Origin: Eledone cirrhosa
Taxonomy: Eukaryota
Length of the DNA: 64,000 nucleotides
Assembly (NCBI GenBank): GCA_964016885.1
Contig: OZ024746.1
Span: 74,462,001-74,526,000, forward strand
Direction: 5' to 3'
Shown here: piece after piece, positions 14,296 through 27,052 of the stretch
How the letters are laid out: the number at the start of each line of letters is the position of its first letter
How positions within the stretch are numbered: the first letter of the stretch is position 1
Translations under genes and position numbers: made by a program
Notes under the pieces: generated by a model
Told to the model about the DNA's origin: nothing
The model's database searches: none
What the model saw: the letters and a program-made list of their open reading frames with translations, nothing else

Positions 14296-15086
14296 ATGTC
14301 TCTTCCTCAACAACAACAACAATAACAACAGCAACAACAACTTGTGTAACCTTATAATCTTGATCATCACTATTATCAGCAACACTAGCAACAGGATCAC
14401 CCCCCCCCCCCTCTCATGCACAAACGTAAACATCAGCAATTAAATCATCAGTATGTTAATTATCCTCAGCATCCCTATCATCCTCAGCTTTTCTACTTAT
14501 ATATCATCATCATCATCATCATCATCATATCATCATCATAACCATCATCATAGAAATATCATTACCATCCACATTTTAATCGTCATCATCATCATCATCA
14601 GTATCATTATCATCATAGTTGTTGACACGTTCGTAGATGTTGTCAACCATCACCATTACCAGTCATCCTCATCACCAGCATCAGTAACATTAGTGTCAGC
14701 AGCATCCACAGCCACCATTGTCAAATCTATCATCACCATTATCGTTGATATCAGAAGCGCCAGTATTATCATCGTCTCCATTGCATTCATATATAGGTAG
14801 ACTATCATCAGTTTCACATTTCTCCTATTACATGTCATAAAACTAACGTCACTACACCATTATCATCATCACCACCATTATCATCATCAACACCATTATC
14901 ACCACCATCACCACCATCATCATCATCATCATCCACATTATAATCATCAACATCATCGTTCTTATCAGCCTCACTACCACCTTAACAATACGTCATAGAG
15001 GTAGTCACAATTTACTTAAATCGTATTTTCTTGAATTAGGAAAGATATATTCAGTAGTCATACATAATACAGTATATGGTCACACA

Positions 15087-15312
15087 TGGTGAAGGCGTGT
15101 GGCTGAGTGGTTAGAGAATTGGATTCGCAATCGTAAGGTTGTGAGTTCGATTCCTGGACAAGGCGATGCGTTATGTCCTTGAGCAAGACACTTTATTTCA
15201 CGTTGCTCCTTCTACCTGGAGTTGCGACCGATAGATAGTATTAGCAATTGGAAAGACCAACGGAAACATTGATCCCTCGGTCCGATTTGACGAAAGTCGA
15301 TCGTTCTTTCAT
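15087..15312 (+). mobile_element. tRNA-derived CORE-like SINE (family B)
   Basis: A box tggctgagtgg, B box agttcgattcc, CORE-like tgtccttgagcaagacacttt; close homolog inverted at 17118-17286. Confidence 0.8.
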
Positions 15313-15969
15313 GGTCACACATATTACTTGGTGGTTACAACCAAACCAGCTTTGACCATGTGCGAACCGTATTGAATGTGTGTTTAACTACAATAAAAAC
15401 AACAGTATCATTACAAGATCTGTATCATATCCTGATCGATATTATCCAACCTCTTATCCACAGTCTACTCCCACCAATTCTCATATTATTCCACTTAGTT
15501 TTCTACCTGCACCTTTTTATCCTTTTTATCATTTGCACCGATGAATATTCCTTATGAGTATTATCACGAACATCCACCACCACCACCACCACCACCACCA
15601 CCACCACCATCATCATCATCATCGTCCTTTGTGTTCCTCTCCTTCATCGCCAGAATTACTATCACCTTGTTTATTATGATCATGATCATCATCGTCATTA
15701 TCATCATCTCTATCTTTCACTGCTATTTAAATTCTTGATTTAAAGTTCATCCACTCCAGTCTGGTGATCTATGGTATAAAACAAGTATCCACCATATATT
15801 AAATTCTATTGCATTAATTTGTATATCAAAGGTGCAAAACGATATCCCTTGCTTTTTTATGGCAAATCCACCCAAATATCTCTCTATTATGTAATTGTTT
15901 TCAAAAATTTTCATTCAATATATGTTGATCTATACTTTCTTTATACGTAAGCAATCATTAACAGTTATT

Positions 15970-16153
15970 GTGGATTGGCAGTATCGGTAGAGGGTCGGAT
16001 GCCATGCTTTCCACCATAGTTACGTCCCTTTACGATCTGAGTTCAAATCCCGCCGAGGTTGACTTTGCCTTTCATCCTTACGGGGTCGATAAAATAAAGT
16101 ACCAGTAATACACTGGGTAATTGCTGGCCTTGTGCCTAAAGTAGAAACAATTA
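15970..16153 (+). mobile_element. tRNA-derived SINE family A, full length
   Basis: gtggattggcagtatcggtaga (A box) .. gagttcaaatccc (B box) .. gactttgcctttcatcc..ggggtcgataaaataaagtaccag..ggccttgtgcctaaagtagaaacaatt. Confidence 0.85.
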
Positions 16154-16719
16154 TTCGTACCTGAGTTACACATGTTTCTGGTAACTGCCTGAACGGTAAA
16201 TCAACTGTTTCTAGATTAAAAGCAAGCTTAACCTCGGTGGATTTTGAAACTAGCCTGAGAAACAATGTAACGCATCTCATCAGTGGAACTATCAATTCTG
16301 GAAAGAAGAGATGCAAAATAGATTTCTACTGAATTTTTAATTGGATACAGAGAACCAGGAGAATATAAAGGAAGGAATTCTATCTGAGGTTCGTACTGCT
16401 CTTCTAAACGTACTTTAATTCTGGTGTATTAAACTACTATGGCAGCTCCAAATATCCTAACGTATTATGTGTGTGTACACGAGTGGTTGTGCCTTGGCGG
16501 AAAGTGAACTGGAAATGTATTCAACATTCCAAACGAGAAGGTTAACGCCATACTCACAGGGAAAACACAATGTTTACACTTAACTCCCTAAAATATAACG
16601 AACATTTATCTGTGATTGCTTATTCGAACAACTATTGTCTCAGCATAGAATATATAGTTACGTAACTACAGTGAAACACTGAAACAATGTTACAGTGGTG
16701 GTTATAAATAATATTATAA

Positions 16720-16780
16720 ATAATTGTTTCTACTTTTGGCACAAGGCCAGCAATTAACCAATGCATTACTGGTACTTTAT
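16720..16780 (-). mobile_element. 5'-truncated SINE A tail with target-site duplication
   Basis: Tail sequence flanked by direct repeat ataatattataaataatt. Confidence 0.7.
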
Positions 16781-17046
16781 AATATTATAAATAATATTAT
16801 TACAGATAAACAGTTTTATTACGCTTTATAGATATCACCCGTCTTATATTAAGATTCTGAATTTAAACACACACACACATACACATTTTCACACACATAT
16901 ATGTACATATATTTATGTATATACTCGGATATAGATACACATAGATACACCCATACACACACACACATACATATATATATATGTATCCCGGATTCAATCG
17001 GGGGTAACCACAGTAAGGTATTCAATACATAGTAGTTTATATAATG

Positions 17047-17105
17047 TTTAATATAGAAATGGCTTCTACCGGACTGAGACCTGTAAAAGCCATTTCTATA
17101 TTAAA
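17047..17105. repeat. Short hairpin
   Basis: tttaatatagaaatggctt ... aagccatttctatattaaa. Confidence 0.8.
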
Positions 17106-17117
17106 TATATACATGTA

Positions 17118-17282
17118 TAAAAGGAACGATCGACTTTCGTCAAATCGGACCGAGGAAACGACGTTTCCATTGGTTTTTCCAATTGCTAATACTATCTATC
17201 GGTCGCAACTCCAGGTAGAAGGAGCAACATGAAATAAAGTGTCTTGCTCAAGGACATAACGCATCACCCGGTCCGGGAATCG

Positions 17283-17286
<4 letters not shown>
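17118..17286 (-). mobile_element. SINE family B copy
   Basis: Reverse complement of ~15145-15310. Confidence 0.8.
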
Positions 17287-17356
<70 letters not shown>

Positions 17357-17498
17357 GTGAGGTTTTTTTTACAAAATGAAAAATAACCGAGGTGTCCTAC
17401 ACGAGTGAAAGTATAAAGAAAAAAATGTTGGTATCCCTGAAATATGTATAATGAAATACATATGGTTTTATAAATATAGTTTCCATTTATTTAATATC

Positions 17499-17590
<92 letters not shown>

Positions 17591-18039
17591 ATACCGCTTC
17601 AAATGGAAACGCGATATCTAAAATCTTCAAAATATATATAACATTCTTAAAAGATTATATATTTCTTTACAATTTTAATGTCTTACTTTTTTCATAATGC
17701 GCATGTGGGTGGGTGTGTGTTTGAATAAAAGGGTGAAAATGCTTCGAGGGAGCGTTCTGTATGAAGATTTTACTTACACATGTATCACAATCTGGATATG
17801 ACGAATGAGGAGGAGATAATATTTTCAATCAACTGCGATTATCCTGACAACTTTTAAGAATGAAACTCCCTATTCTGTTTTTTCAGCGAATGAGAAGCAA
17901 GACAGGGGACAATAGATATCTCCAAATGGTCGGAGAGGAACGAGTCTTAAGCCAAACGTGGTAAAAGCATGGGCATGTTTCGGTGTGATTACATCTTCCC
18001 AAGTCTAGATCGGCTATATAGTTCTACTTTCTTAATGAC

Positions 18040-19200
18040 AGGTGTTCTTCTTATATCCACTAGTAACATATCAAAGTTTATACATCTCTATATTGATAAT
18101 TTTCTGTATTCCTACACTAGGAATATATTCCTATGTATACACCACTACACTGATAATGGTTTCTAATTTAGGCATAAGGTATACAGTTTTTAGAGAGGGA
18201 AGATTCGATTGTATCAACCCAAGTACACGTCTGGTATTATATTTTATTGACAACAGAAAATTGAAAAGCAATTTGAATTCGGGATTGGAATTCAGAAGTT
18301 AGAAAATCGCAAAGAAATATTGCAAGACATTCCATCCGCCTCTCTAACGAGTCTGGCCATATATACCACTCTCACCTCTACACTGATAATGGTATATCTA
18401 TACTAGTAATCTATTATTGTCTGTCAGAACAGCTCTACAATTACCTGCGTTATACAACTTTTCTCTATTAACATATCTTCGACATTAAAAATTATCAGCA
18501 TTCTTCAATTCGTACATATAACATTTAATGTATCACACAACACTACTCCAGTAAAGTTTCACTATTTCTACAGCTCTACATTGAGAGTTATATGCGTTAT
18601 ACAATTCTAATTGTTTCTACTGCACCATATTATAGCACTGTTTTTACAACTCTATACAGATATGTATTTTAAACTGTATCATTATGCCACAGCACTACAT
18701 ATATAATTACATATCTCACACCTCTACACTATTAATCTATTTCTATAGCTCTTAATGTATAATTACATATATCTTAAATCTGTACATTGATAATTATACA
18801 TATTCTCCCCCTCTCAACAACTAAGTTATTCTTGTTTATAAACTTTTATATTTTTAACTATACGCCTTTCTACATTACTACACTAGTAAAATATGTATTT
18901 ATGCAGCACAATAGTCATGACTGTGGCGCTAGACTAGTCATTGATGATTATATCTACAACTATATTGATAACTTCATGTATTCTATATCTCTACATTAAG
19001 AGTCTATTGCTACTTACACAGCTCTACATTGATAAATATATGTATTATACAACTGTCATTGTTTCTACAGCACCACATTGGTAACTGCGTGTATTGTACC
19101 TCTCTACACAAGTTATAGGTAATTACATGTATAGTATTGATAATTACATATATTATACTATTACAATTTCTACAGCTTATATAACTGCATATTTTACACA
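18040..19200. repeat. Degenerate minisatellite array
   Basis: Recurrent aca(g/c)ctctaca(c/t)tgataat-like motif many times over, interrupted by an old SINE A remnant (~18155-18360). Confidence 0.6.
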
Positions 19201-20070
19201 TTTCTGGATTCGATGGATATCTTTCTGTTTCAAAGGTGTATCCCATTTGTTCGATCAATGGAACACTTTGTTCATGAAATTAATGTATAATAGGCTGAGA
19301 ATTACACAAACACTGTACTCATAAGGTAATTCTACTGGAAATTCATTGTGGCAGATTATGAGAAAATGTTGGCTCTTGAATTACAGATATAATCCTCCAA
19401 ATGGTTTCCAAACTGTTTCCATCAACCACATATCATTCACATGGCTGAGGCTAAAGTAAATGACACTTTCCAAAGATAACAGTGGGATCGAACCTGGAAC
19501 CTAATGATTACGAAGCAAACTTATTAACCATTAGACCATGATGGATGTGTCCATATCCCTGCCCAAGTATTAGACTAAATTACATTATATATTCCTCATA
19601 TATACTCCGCCCTGTATTAAAATTTTACTGCTATTGCCTTGTCAACAATATAAGCAAAACGTAGCATCATTTGCATGCCGGACAAATATTATGCAGTTTT
19701 GGGTTATTTAGTGTCTGGGCTGACATCCGGTCATATTCAAATTTTCCTTTTTATCCCTTCTAAGTCGACAAAATAAAGTATCAGATAAATACTAGGAGTA
19801 ACGTAATCGATACCTTCCTGCACCCCAAATTCATGGTTGTAAAACCAAACGTATCACAACATAATGGCGACATATTCGGCCAGGAGTCTATTTGATAGGT
19901 TGACTGGGTTACCAGTTATTTGCTTAACAAGCACAAAATCATTCGTTCATTATACTACTATGGATTTCTGAATACATGCCACTCAATTATACTGTCTCTT
20001 TAATTGCATGGCCTCTAACGCTGTCACACTGATATATATATATACTGTATATATATATATATATATATAT

Positions 20071-20101
<31 letters not shown>

Positions 20102-20102
20102 T

Positions 20103-20276
20103 AATTGTTTCTACTTTAGGCACAAGGCCAGCATTACTGTTACTTTATTTTATCGACCCCCGTAAGGATGAAAGGCAAAGTCAACCTCGGCGGGATTTGA
20201 ACTCAGATCGTAAAGGGACGTAACTATGCTGGAAAGCATGGCGTCCGACCCTCTACCGATACTGCCAATCCACCAC
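20103..20276 (-). mobile_element. SINE family A
   Basis: Reverse complement of the 15970-16153 sequence, set within (TA)n. Confidence 0.85.
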
Positions 20277-20353
20277 CTATATATATATATATTAATGAAA
20301 CAGTATAATTGAGTGGCATGTATTCAGAAATCCATAGTAGTATAATGAACGAA

Positions 20354-20645
<292 letters not shown>

Positions 20646-21053
20646 CATTCAGTCGGATACTTCCAACTCCCCCATACTAAAACCCCCTCTTCTTTTAAGA
20701 GTGCGCACAATTTTAGAAGTCTTTTTCATCGGCAGCTCCGTTTCTCCACAAAATCTCTTCTGGATTCTACCCATGCTCCCGAGTTTCGTTTTCTACTTTT
20801 ACAAGCGTGAAATTAATAAGACTATTAACTACACACATATATACATACACCAACTATCACACTGATATCTGTGCAATATTTGTCTCCACGAGGTGCAGAT
20901 CTGCAGATACCGTTACATTATCGTTGATATTACCTCCACGGTAATCTGATTAATTTCAAACTTCGCCATCAAGTCACTGCAGTAATTGATATGACCTTCT
21001 CAACGCACAGGTTTTCCTATATTTTCCCTTAAATAATTTGATCGCAGCAGAAC

Positions 21054-21094
<41 letters not shown>

Positions 21095-22296
21095 TAGGTA
21101 GATATGTATATGTGTTTCAACTTGGGTGCATCTGTGTATGTATGATTTTTACTTTTAAATTTCACTTATATTTTTACACTGCGCTCTTATTTCATGATTA
21201 ATTAACTCCGTTAAATTTCAGAGAAACACAAGAATAAATATAAAAAATCTAAATAGATTATAAGAAACAGTTATTGTATATATTTCGAAGTGGTTCTTTA
21301 AATTCTACTGTATGTATCTCTTGATCTGTGCGTGCGGTTTGTTGGTTACGCGTATATGTGTCGTTACAGTGATACATATAGGAAGTAGTACGCTGAAAAA
21401 GGCCCTCAAAATTATGTAATATAGATCTCTCCCACCAACCAGGGGACTAACTTGGCTGCTAACTGAAATGCTTGTGTCACACCATCCGGCAGGCTACCAA
21501 TGCATTTGAAGTAAACCCTCTTGCCACCTTGAAGTTGAAGTGACCCCGACAGAAAAACTGTGTTAAATCAGAGCCTAGCACAATCCAGACAGTTCCCTGC
21601 GGCCGCTGAGGACGAATCTACTGAATCCTGAGTCTACGAGTCCACTTCATACTGCATTCATTTTACCTGTTCATATCTACTTTAGATTTACCTTGATAAC
21701 ATTGTGAGTGTGAATGTGTGTTTGTAAGTGTATTTTCACAGATCAGAGAGTGGTCTGGAGGTTATGAAAAATTAGTGAAACAACAGCATTCAATACGTTT
21801 TAGATGGCCGCTTTATATACGATTTGGCTGAAACCATTTCAGTATCCTCCATCATATTTCCTCTGTGAGGAGCTTGTATTACAGAATTATTTCTCCGTAC
21901 TGAGATTTGAATAAGTGGGGGGAGGGGGCGAGAGGTTAAGAGAGAGATTTATTATGAACGAGAAACGTCTGGAACAGTCATCCCATTAATGAATTTGTAG
22001 AATGTCGGTAGTATAGGTGGATTGCGTCAAAAGGATAGAAACATTAATTTCTTATTAACCTGACTGTCAGCGAATAAAACTGAAACGTGAGACTTTTCAT
22101 GATCTCATGACAACATTTCGAAAGTTTGAATAACTCATTTTAACTGTGAGAACATAGCACTGCTGTACATCATCTTTGTAAAATGACCTTCAACTTTATT
22201 CCACTTTATTCCACTTACTTAATATGAGGAATAGGCTACATACACATGTACATACAAACACAGACAGACACACACACATACTATATATATATATAT

Positions 22297-22464
22297 ATTT
22301 AATTATGTAATAAACAACATAAGACGTCTCTGTTGAGCTCGTCTGTCTTCGTAAAACCTTTGGTAAATGGAATAATTATCTTATGTTGTTTATTACATAA
22401 TTAAATGGCTCTGTAGCCTACATAGAGCAATCTCCCTTCCTTTACGCTTTCTACAGAAATACTA

Positions 22465-22468
<4 letters not shown>
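22297..22468. repeat. Fold-back element between TA tracts
   Basis: atttaattatgtaataaacaacataaga / tcttatgttgtttattacataattaaat, plus one-sided tail. Confidence 0.8.
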
Positions 22469-22508
<40 letters not shown>

Positions 22509-22511
<3 letters not shown>

Positions 22512-22610
22512 GGTGTCCCAAAAGTGTATGCACACTTTGATTACCTGTACAGTCAATATTTATTAGAATACTGTTGAAACATTTGGTATACATTTTTTGA
22601 GAACATGGTG
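22509..22610 (+). mobile_element. Tc1/mariner terminal fragment
   Basis: TA|CAGGGTGTCCCAAAAG is a typical Tc1/mariner TIR start; no matching right TIR seen. Confidence 0.5.
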
Positions 22611-22712
22611 TATATATGCACACATATACATATATGTGATACGTTTATTAGGCATAACCATCTCATGTATGCATCCATATATACTCCTATTATGAATCAC
22701 TCCATTGGGGCC

Positions 22713-22752
<40 letters not shown>

Positions 22753-22757
22753 CATAA

Positions 22758-22892
22758 TGTCTAGAGTCTGTCTCAAGCCTGGACGCTCCTCGGGCCAGTA
22801 CTTATCCCGGTATCCTTGGCGTTAAGCGACTGAGAGTACAATACCCCCATCTGGACAGGACGCCAGATGATCGCAGTGTTAAACTCCCAGAA
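22758..22892 (-). mobile_element. 3' part of SINE family B
   Basis: Homologous (reverse) to 44580-44712. Confidence 0.65.
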
Positions 22893-23769
22893 GAGTGTTG
22901 GACTTATGACCTTAACTTTGAGGGTTCATGGACTAGGTTGTGTGTTGTGTTCTTAAGCAAAACACTTCATTTCCTGTTGCACCAGTATACTCATATATAA
23001 ACAAAAAGAAGTGCTTACAATGATCAGAGTCCTCGGCGGTGTTTCTTGATAGAACCTAATTCATTTTACATTCTAAGTTCATATTCTTAAAAAGTATATA
23101 AAGCTCATAAAACCTCATTTGTATTCCCAATAACCTATGGGTTTGTGATTAAATAGATAAATAGCAGATAAACTCCTTTTACATGTTAGGCAAATTTGGT
23201 TATGCTGATGTGCTCATTTGGTTATTTTCTTTTTGTTATAGATATAACCAAATATGAAATATAGATTAGCTGTTTGTTTCGCGTTCACTCGTGCATAGAA
23301 TGAAACTGTTATGACACAGCGTTTTGTATCTGACTATTAACACAATAGATTACGTCTTCTGATAAAATACAGAGATTAGGTGTTAGATACAATGTTTAGA
23401 AACAGCTGCTGGGAAATGAATTGAATGAAGCTGTTTTGTTCTGATAGGTTATTAGACATAATTGTTGCAATTGCTAAATTCAAGTTTAGTCTTCTAATTC
23501 ATCTCATTGTAACATATTCTTTTCCTATCTCCACCAGCTGTTCAACTCTAAAAACTCTATAATTAGTTTGATCTGTAGCAGCAATTGGATCTCTGTTCAG
23601 ATTTAAGGTACATCACTCTAGTTATGAATTCTATTCATTATTTTAAAATGGCCTTGTGCCTATATAAGAAACCATTATTTAAAAAAAAATCAAATTTGTG
23701 GCTAAATAAATGAAGATTTGCCTATTGTTTCAAACGCAGTGTTAGAATATTATTATGAAGAATATTCTA

Positions 23770-23882
23770 AATTCGGTATTCATCCCAGCCCTTACCTATG
23801 GTCATAAATGGCCGAAAGAATACGATAGGGAGCGTATCTCGGAGATCAGAGAGTCGCTCAAGGTTGACCCCCGACTTCACGA
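23770..23882 (+). mobile_element. Small RTE LINE remnant
   Basis: Reads '[10 protein letters not shown]' and '[11 protein letters not shown]', typical of the RTE post-RT region. Confidence 0.5.
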
Positions 23883-23892
23883 ATAAAGATAT

Positions 23893-23930
<38 letters not shown>

Positions 23931-23933
23931 CAT

Positions 23934-24254
<321 letters not shown>

Positions 24255-24355
24255 TTTATATATATATATATATATATACAAATAAAATACAGAGTTATTA
24301 ACTCATATTGATACTCTGCAATTAAACAAGCTCAAAGTATAAATACTGAGCATTC

Positions 24356-24541
24356 GGTGGATTGGCAGTATCGGTAATGGTCGGACGTCATGCTTTGAAG
24401 CATAGAGTTACCTCCCTTTATGATCTGAGTTCAAATCCCGCCGAGGTTAACTTTGCCTTTCATCCTTACGGGGTCGATACAATAAAGTACCAGTAATGCA
24501 CTGGAATAATTGCTGGCCTTGTGCCAAAAGTAGAAACAATT
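24356..24541 (+). mobile_element. SINE family A
   Basis: Full-length match to the family A consensus. Confidence 0.85.
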
Positions 24542-24792
24542 ATATAGTAATATATGTATAAATAAACACAGTAAATTTCGTGTCTAAAATTAGGAGGGTA
24601 GAGAATGCCACAAATGTTTTAAATATTTAATCCTAAACATACAGACAGATGAAATGTTTTGATACGGTCAGTATAAAATTATATCCTACTGTATGTTTAG
24701 GATTAAATATTTAAAACATTTGTGGTATTCTCTACCCTTGTAATTTTAGACACGAAATTTACTGTGTTTATTTATACATATATTACTATATA
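24541..24792. repeat. Fold-back element
   Basis: Arms ~24541-24643 and ~24689-24792 are near-perfect reverse complements ending in TA. Confidence 0.85.
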
Positions 24793-25499
24793 TATATGAA
24801 AAGATCATTTCAATTTGGTAGTCTATAACAATTTAATTTTATAATTTTACAATTTTGCAATGTAGATTTAATACGTCCTTTGTTAACTTTGGTGGAAAGT
24901 TTTTTTTTTAAATCCTGCTTAACTTCCGGGTGAACTTTCTCGCATTCGTCGGTGTAGATTGTCAAACTGATCGAAAGTCATATTTTATTGGTGTATATAT
25001 AAAAAGGATTTGGTGTGTGTCTGGGGAATTATTAATGAGGTGTAAAGTACATGTCATCTCTGATGAAAAGAAAATGAAAACAAAGAGAAATATAAATATG
25101 ATTGATTGAGAGTGGTGTTGGGGGTGAGTGAGACGTTGTGGCTTTTGGTGAAAAAAATAAGATAAAAATCAAAATATAAAACAAAGTTAATGAGTGTTTA
25201 ATGAGTGTTTAAAATTTTGTTGAGAGAGCAGTAAAGGGTTGTAAAACTGCCCCCATACGAATCAGATTTCCTTAAGTGGTCTTTGGTGAAGGAATAAGAT
25301 AAAAGTCAAAATATAAAAACAAAGTCAATATCTGTTTAAATTTTAGTGTATATATATACAGAAGATACATTAGGGTGTGTGTCTGGGATCTCACGCATTT
25401 CCCAATATGCAGATATATATGTATATATATATGTATATGTGTATATATGTATATATATATATGTATCTATGTATATGTGTCTATGTATATATGTGTCTA

Positions 25500-25582
<83 letters not shown>

Positions 25583-25743
25583 AATTAGTATATCTACCAA
25601 CATATTTATACAGAAGTATACTTATGCTAGCAAGATATAGGTTTTGTCTTAGTAACTTTGTGGTTCAATACAAAAATATAGAACAATATATAAAAGACGT
25701 AAAATAAGAAAATTATAATAATTAACTTACTTACTTAAGTTTC

Positions 25744-25821
25744 ACTCCAACTAATTAGTTTCTGAAATGGGATATACATAGTGTTCAAAACCATGGAGAA
25801 TTCCTTTCTTCATCAGGGAGT
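25744..25821 (-). ncRNA. Type I hammerhead ribozyme motif (left-arm copy)
   Basis: Reverse complement of 26027-26103 with an intact core. Confidence 0.75.
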
Positions 25822-26026
25822 CAATTCTCTGCTTAGATCCCTAGCGATAGGCGGACATAGGGATCTCAAACAAAAATAATTCAGTGAATGGAAAAGAAGC
25901 AAGCGCGGACTAAATTTCAAGACACTGAAAATTTCACTACCTTCCCGGTCAGTGGCAAATTCAAAAGAATCAATCACGTGACATCTAGGTTAATCAGTGA
26001 GGAGTGGGGTGTTAAAAAGACAATTG

Positions 26027-26103
26027 ACTCCCTGATGAAGAAAGGAATTCTCCATGGTTTTGACACTATGTATATCCCCTTTCAGAAACTAATTAGTTGG
26101 AGT
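26027..26103 (+). ncRNA. Type I hammerhead ribozyme motif with long stem II
   Basis: actcc-CTGATGA-agaaagg...cctttca-GAAA-ctaattag-TT-ggagt; stem III actaattagt is palindromic. Confidence 0.82.
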
Positions 26104-26116
26104 GAAACTTAAGTAA

Positions 26117-26180
<64 letters not shown>

Positions 26181-26236
26181 GGAATAGAATGAAACGAAAT
26201 TTCATTTCTCACTCTTAGTACGGCACTTACTTAAAT

Positions 26237-26864
26237 GTAAGTATGTATGTACGTATACGTACATACATATATGTATACAGACGTACAGTAGTATGTATAT
26301 ACATACATGTACACATATATATATGCACGTATCGGTTTACCGAACATTTATTATAATGCTCGGTTTGTTTGTAAACAAACAAACAGCCCGAATTACGCCG
26401 TGCAATGTTTAAGCAACCACGTCACCTTTTTGTTCAACACTGACACAGGAACTATGTACTAGTTTGAAGCTTATTAGCTATCGTCAGCATCGTATACCAG
26501 CCGACTGAACTCACTCGATATGCAAATTAGGCAGCTGAGCCGTTAATATGCATAAGGAAAGTATATACTTTCAGACGTTCAACCATCTGGCAGGAAGGTA
26601 AACGATGCTGACGATAGCTAATAAGCTTGAAACTAGTACATCGTTCCTGTGTCAGTGTTGAACAAAAAGGTGACGTGGTTGCCTAAACACTGTACGGCGT
26701 AATTCGGGCTGTTTGTTTGTTTATAATAAATGTTTATAATAAATGTTCGGTAAACCGATACGTGCATATATATATATATATATGTGTACATGTATGTATA
26801 TATATACATACTACTGTACGTCTGTATACATATATGTATGTACGTATACGTACATAGATACTTA

Positions 26865-26865
<1 letters not shown>
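26237..26865. repeat. Large fold-back element with hammerhead motif
   Basis: Arms ~26237-26493 and ~26602-26865; ends at (TA)n. Confidence 0.85.
26601..26645 (+). ncRNA. Minimal type I hammerhead ribozyme motif
   Basis: aacgatg-CTGACGA-tagct(aata)agctt-GAAA-ctag-TA-catcgtt: 7-bp stem I, palindromic stem III actagt. Confidence 0.88.
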
Positions 26866-26936
<71 letters not shown>

Positions 26937-27021
26937 GAAAAATTGAACAGGGACAGAACAGAGAGGCAGTACGACAAATGTTTATTAAATTCACGCTCAG
27001 GAGAGTGGGGGGTAGGTGGGG

Positions 27022-27052
27022 GACGACGTTTCGGGCATAAGCTCTTCTTCAG
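27022..27052 (-). ncRNA. Hammerhead core in the Penelope pLTR
   Basis: CTGAAGA-agagc(ttat)gccc-GAAA-cgtcg-TC; stem I is not evidently paired. Confidence 0.6.

Larger units (their letters stand above)
25729..26119. repeat. Fold-back element with a hammerhead motif in each arm
   Basis: Arms ~25729-25826 and ~26022-26119; right end abuts (TA)n. Confidence 0.85.

Noticed and set aside
15087-15160. tRNA-like sequence with A and B boxes (also 44436 and the SINE A heads)
   Set aside because: No complete cloverleaf; continues into a SINE body, so not called a tRNA gene
25058-25090. CTGATGA...GAAA on the plus strand
   Set aside because: No stem II or stem I pairing; expected by chance in AT-rich DNA
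26450-26493. Left-arm hammerhead copy
   Set aside because: GAAA mutated to CAAA and stem I mismatched; likely inactive
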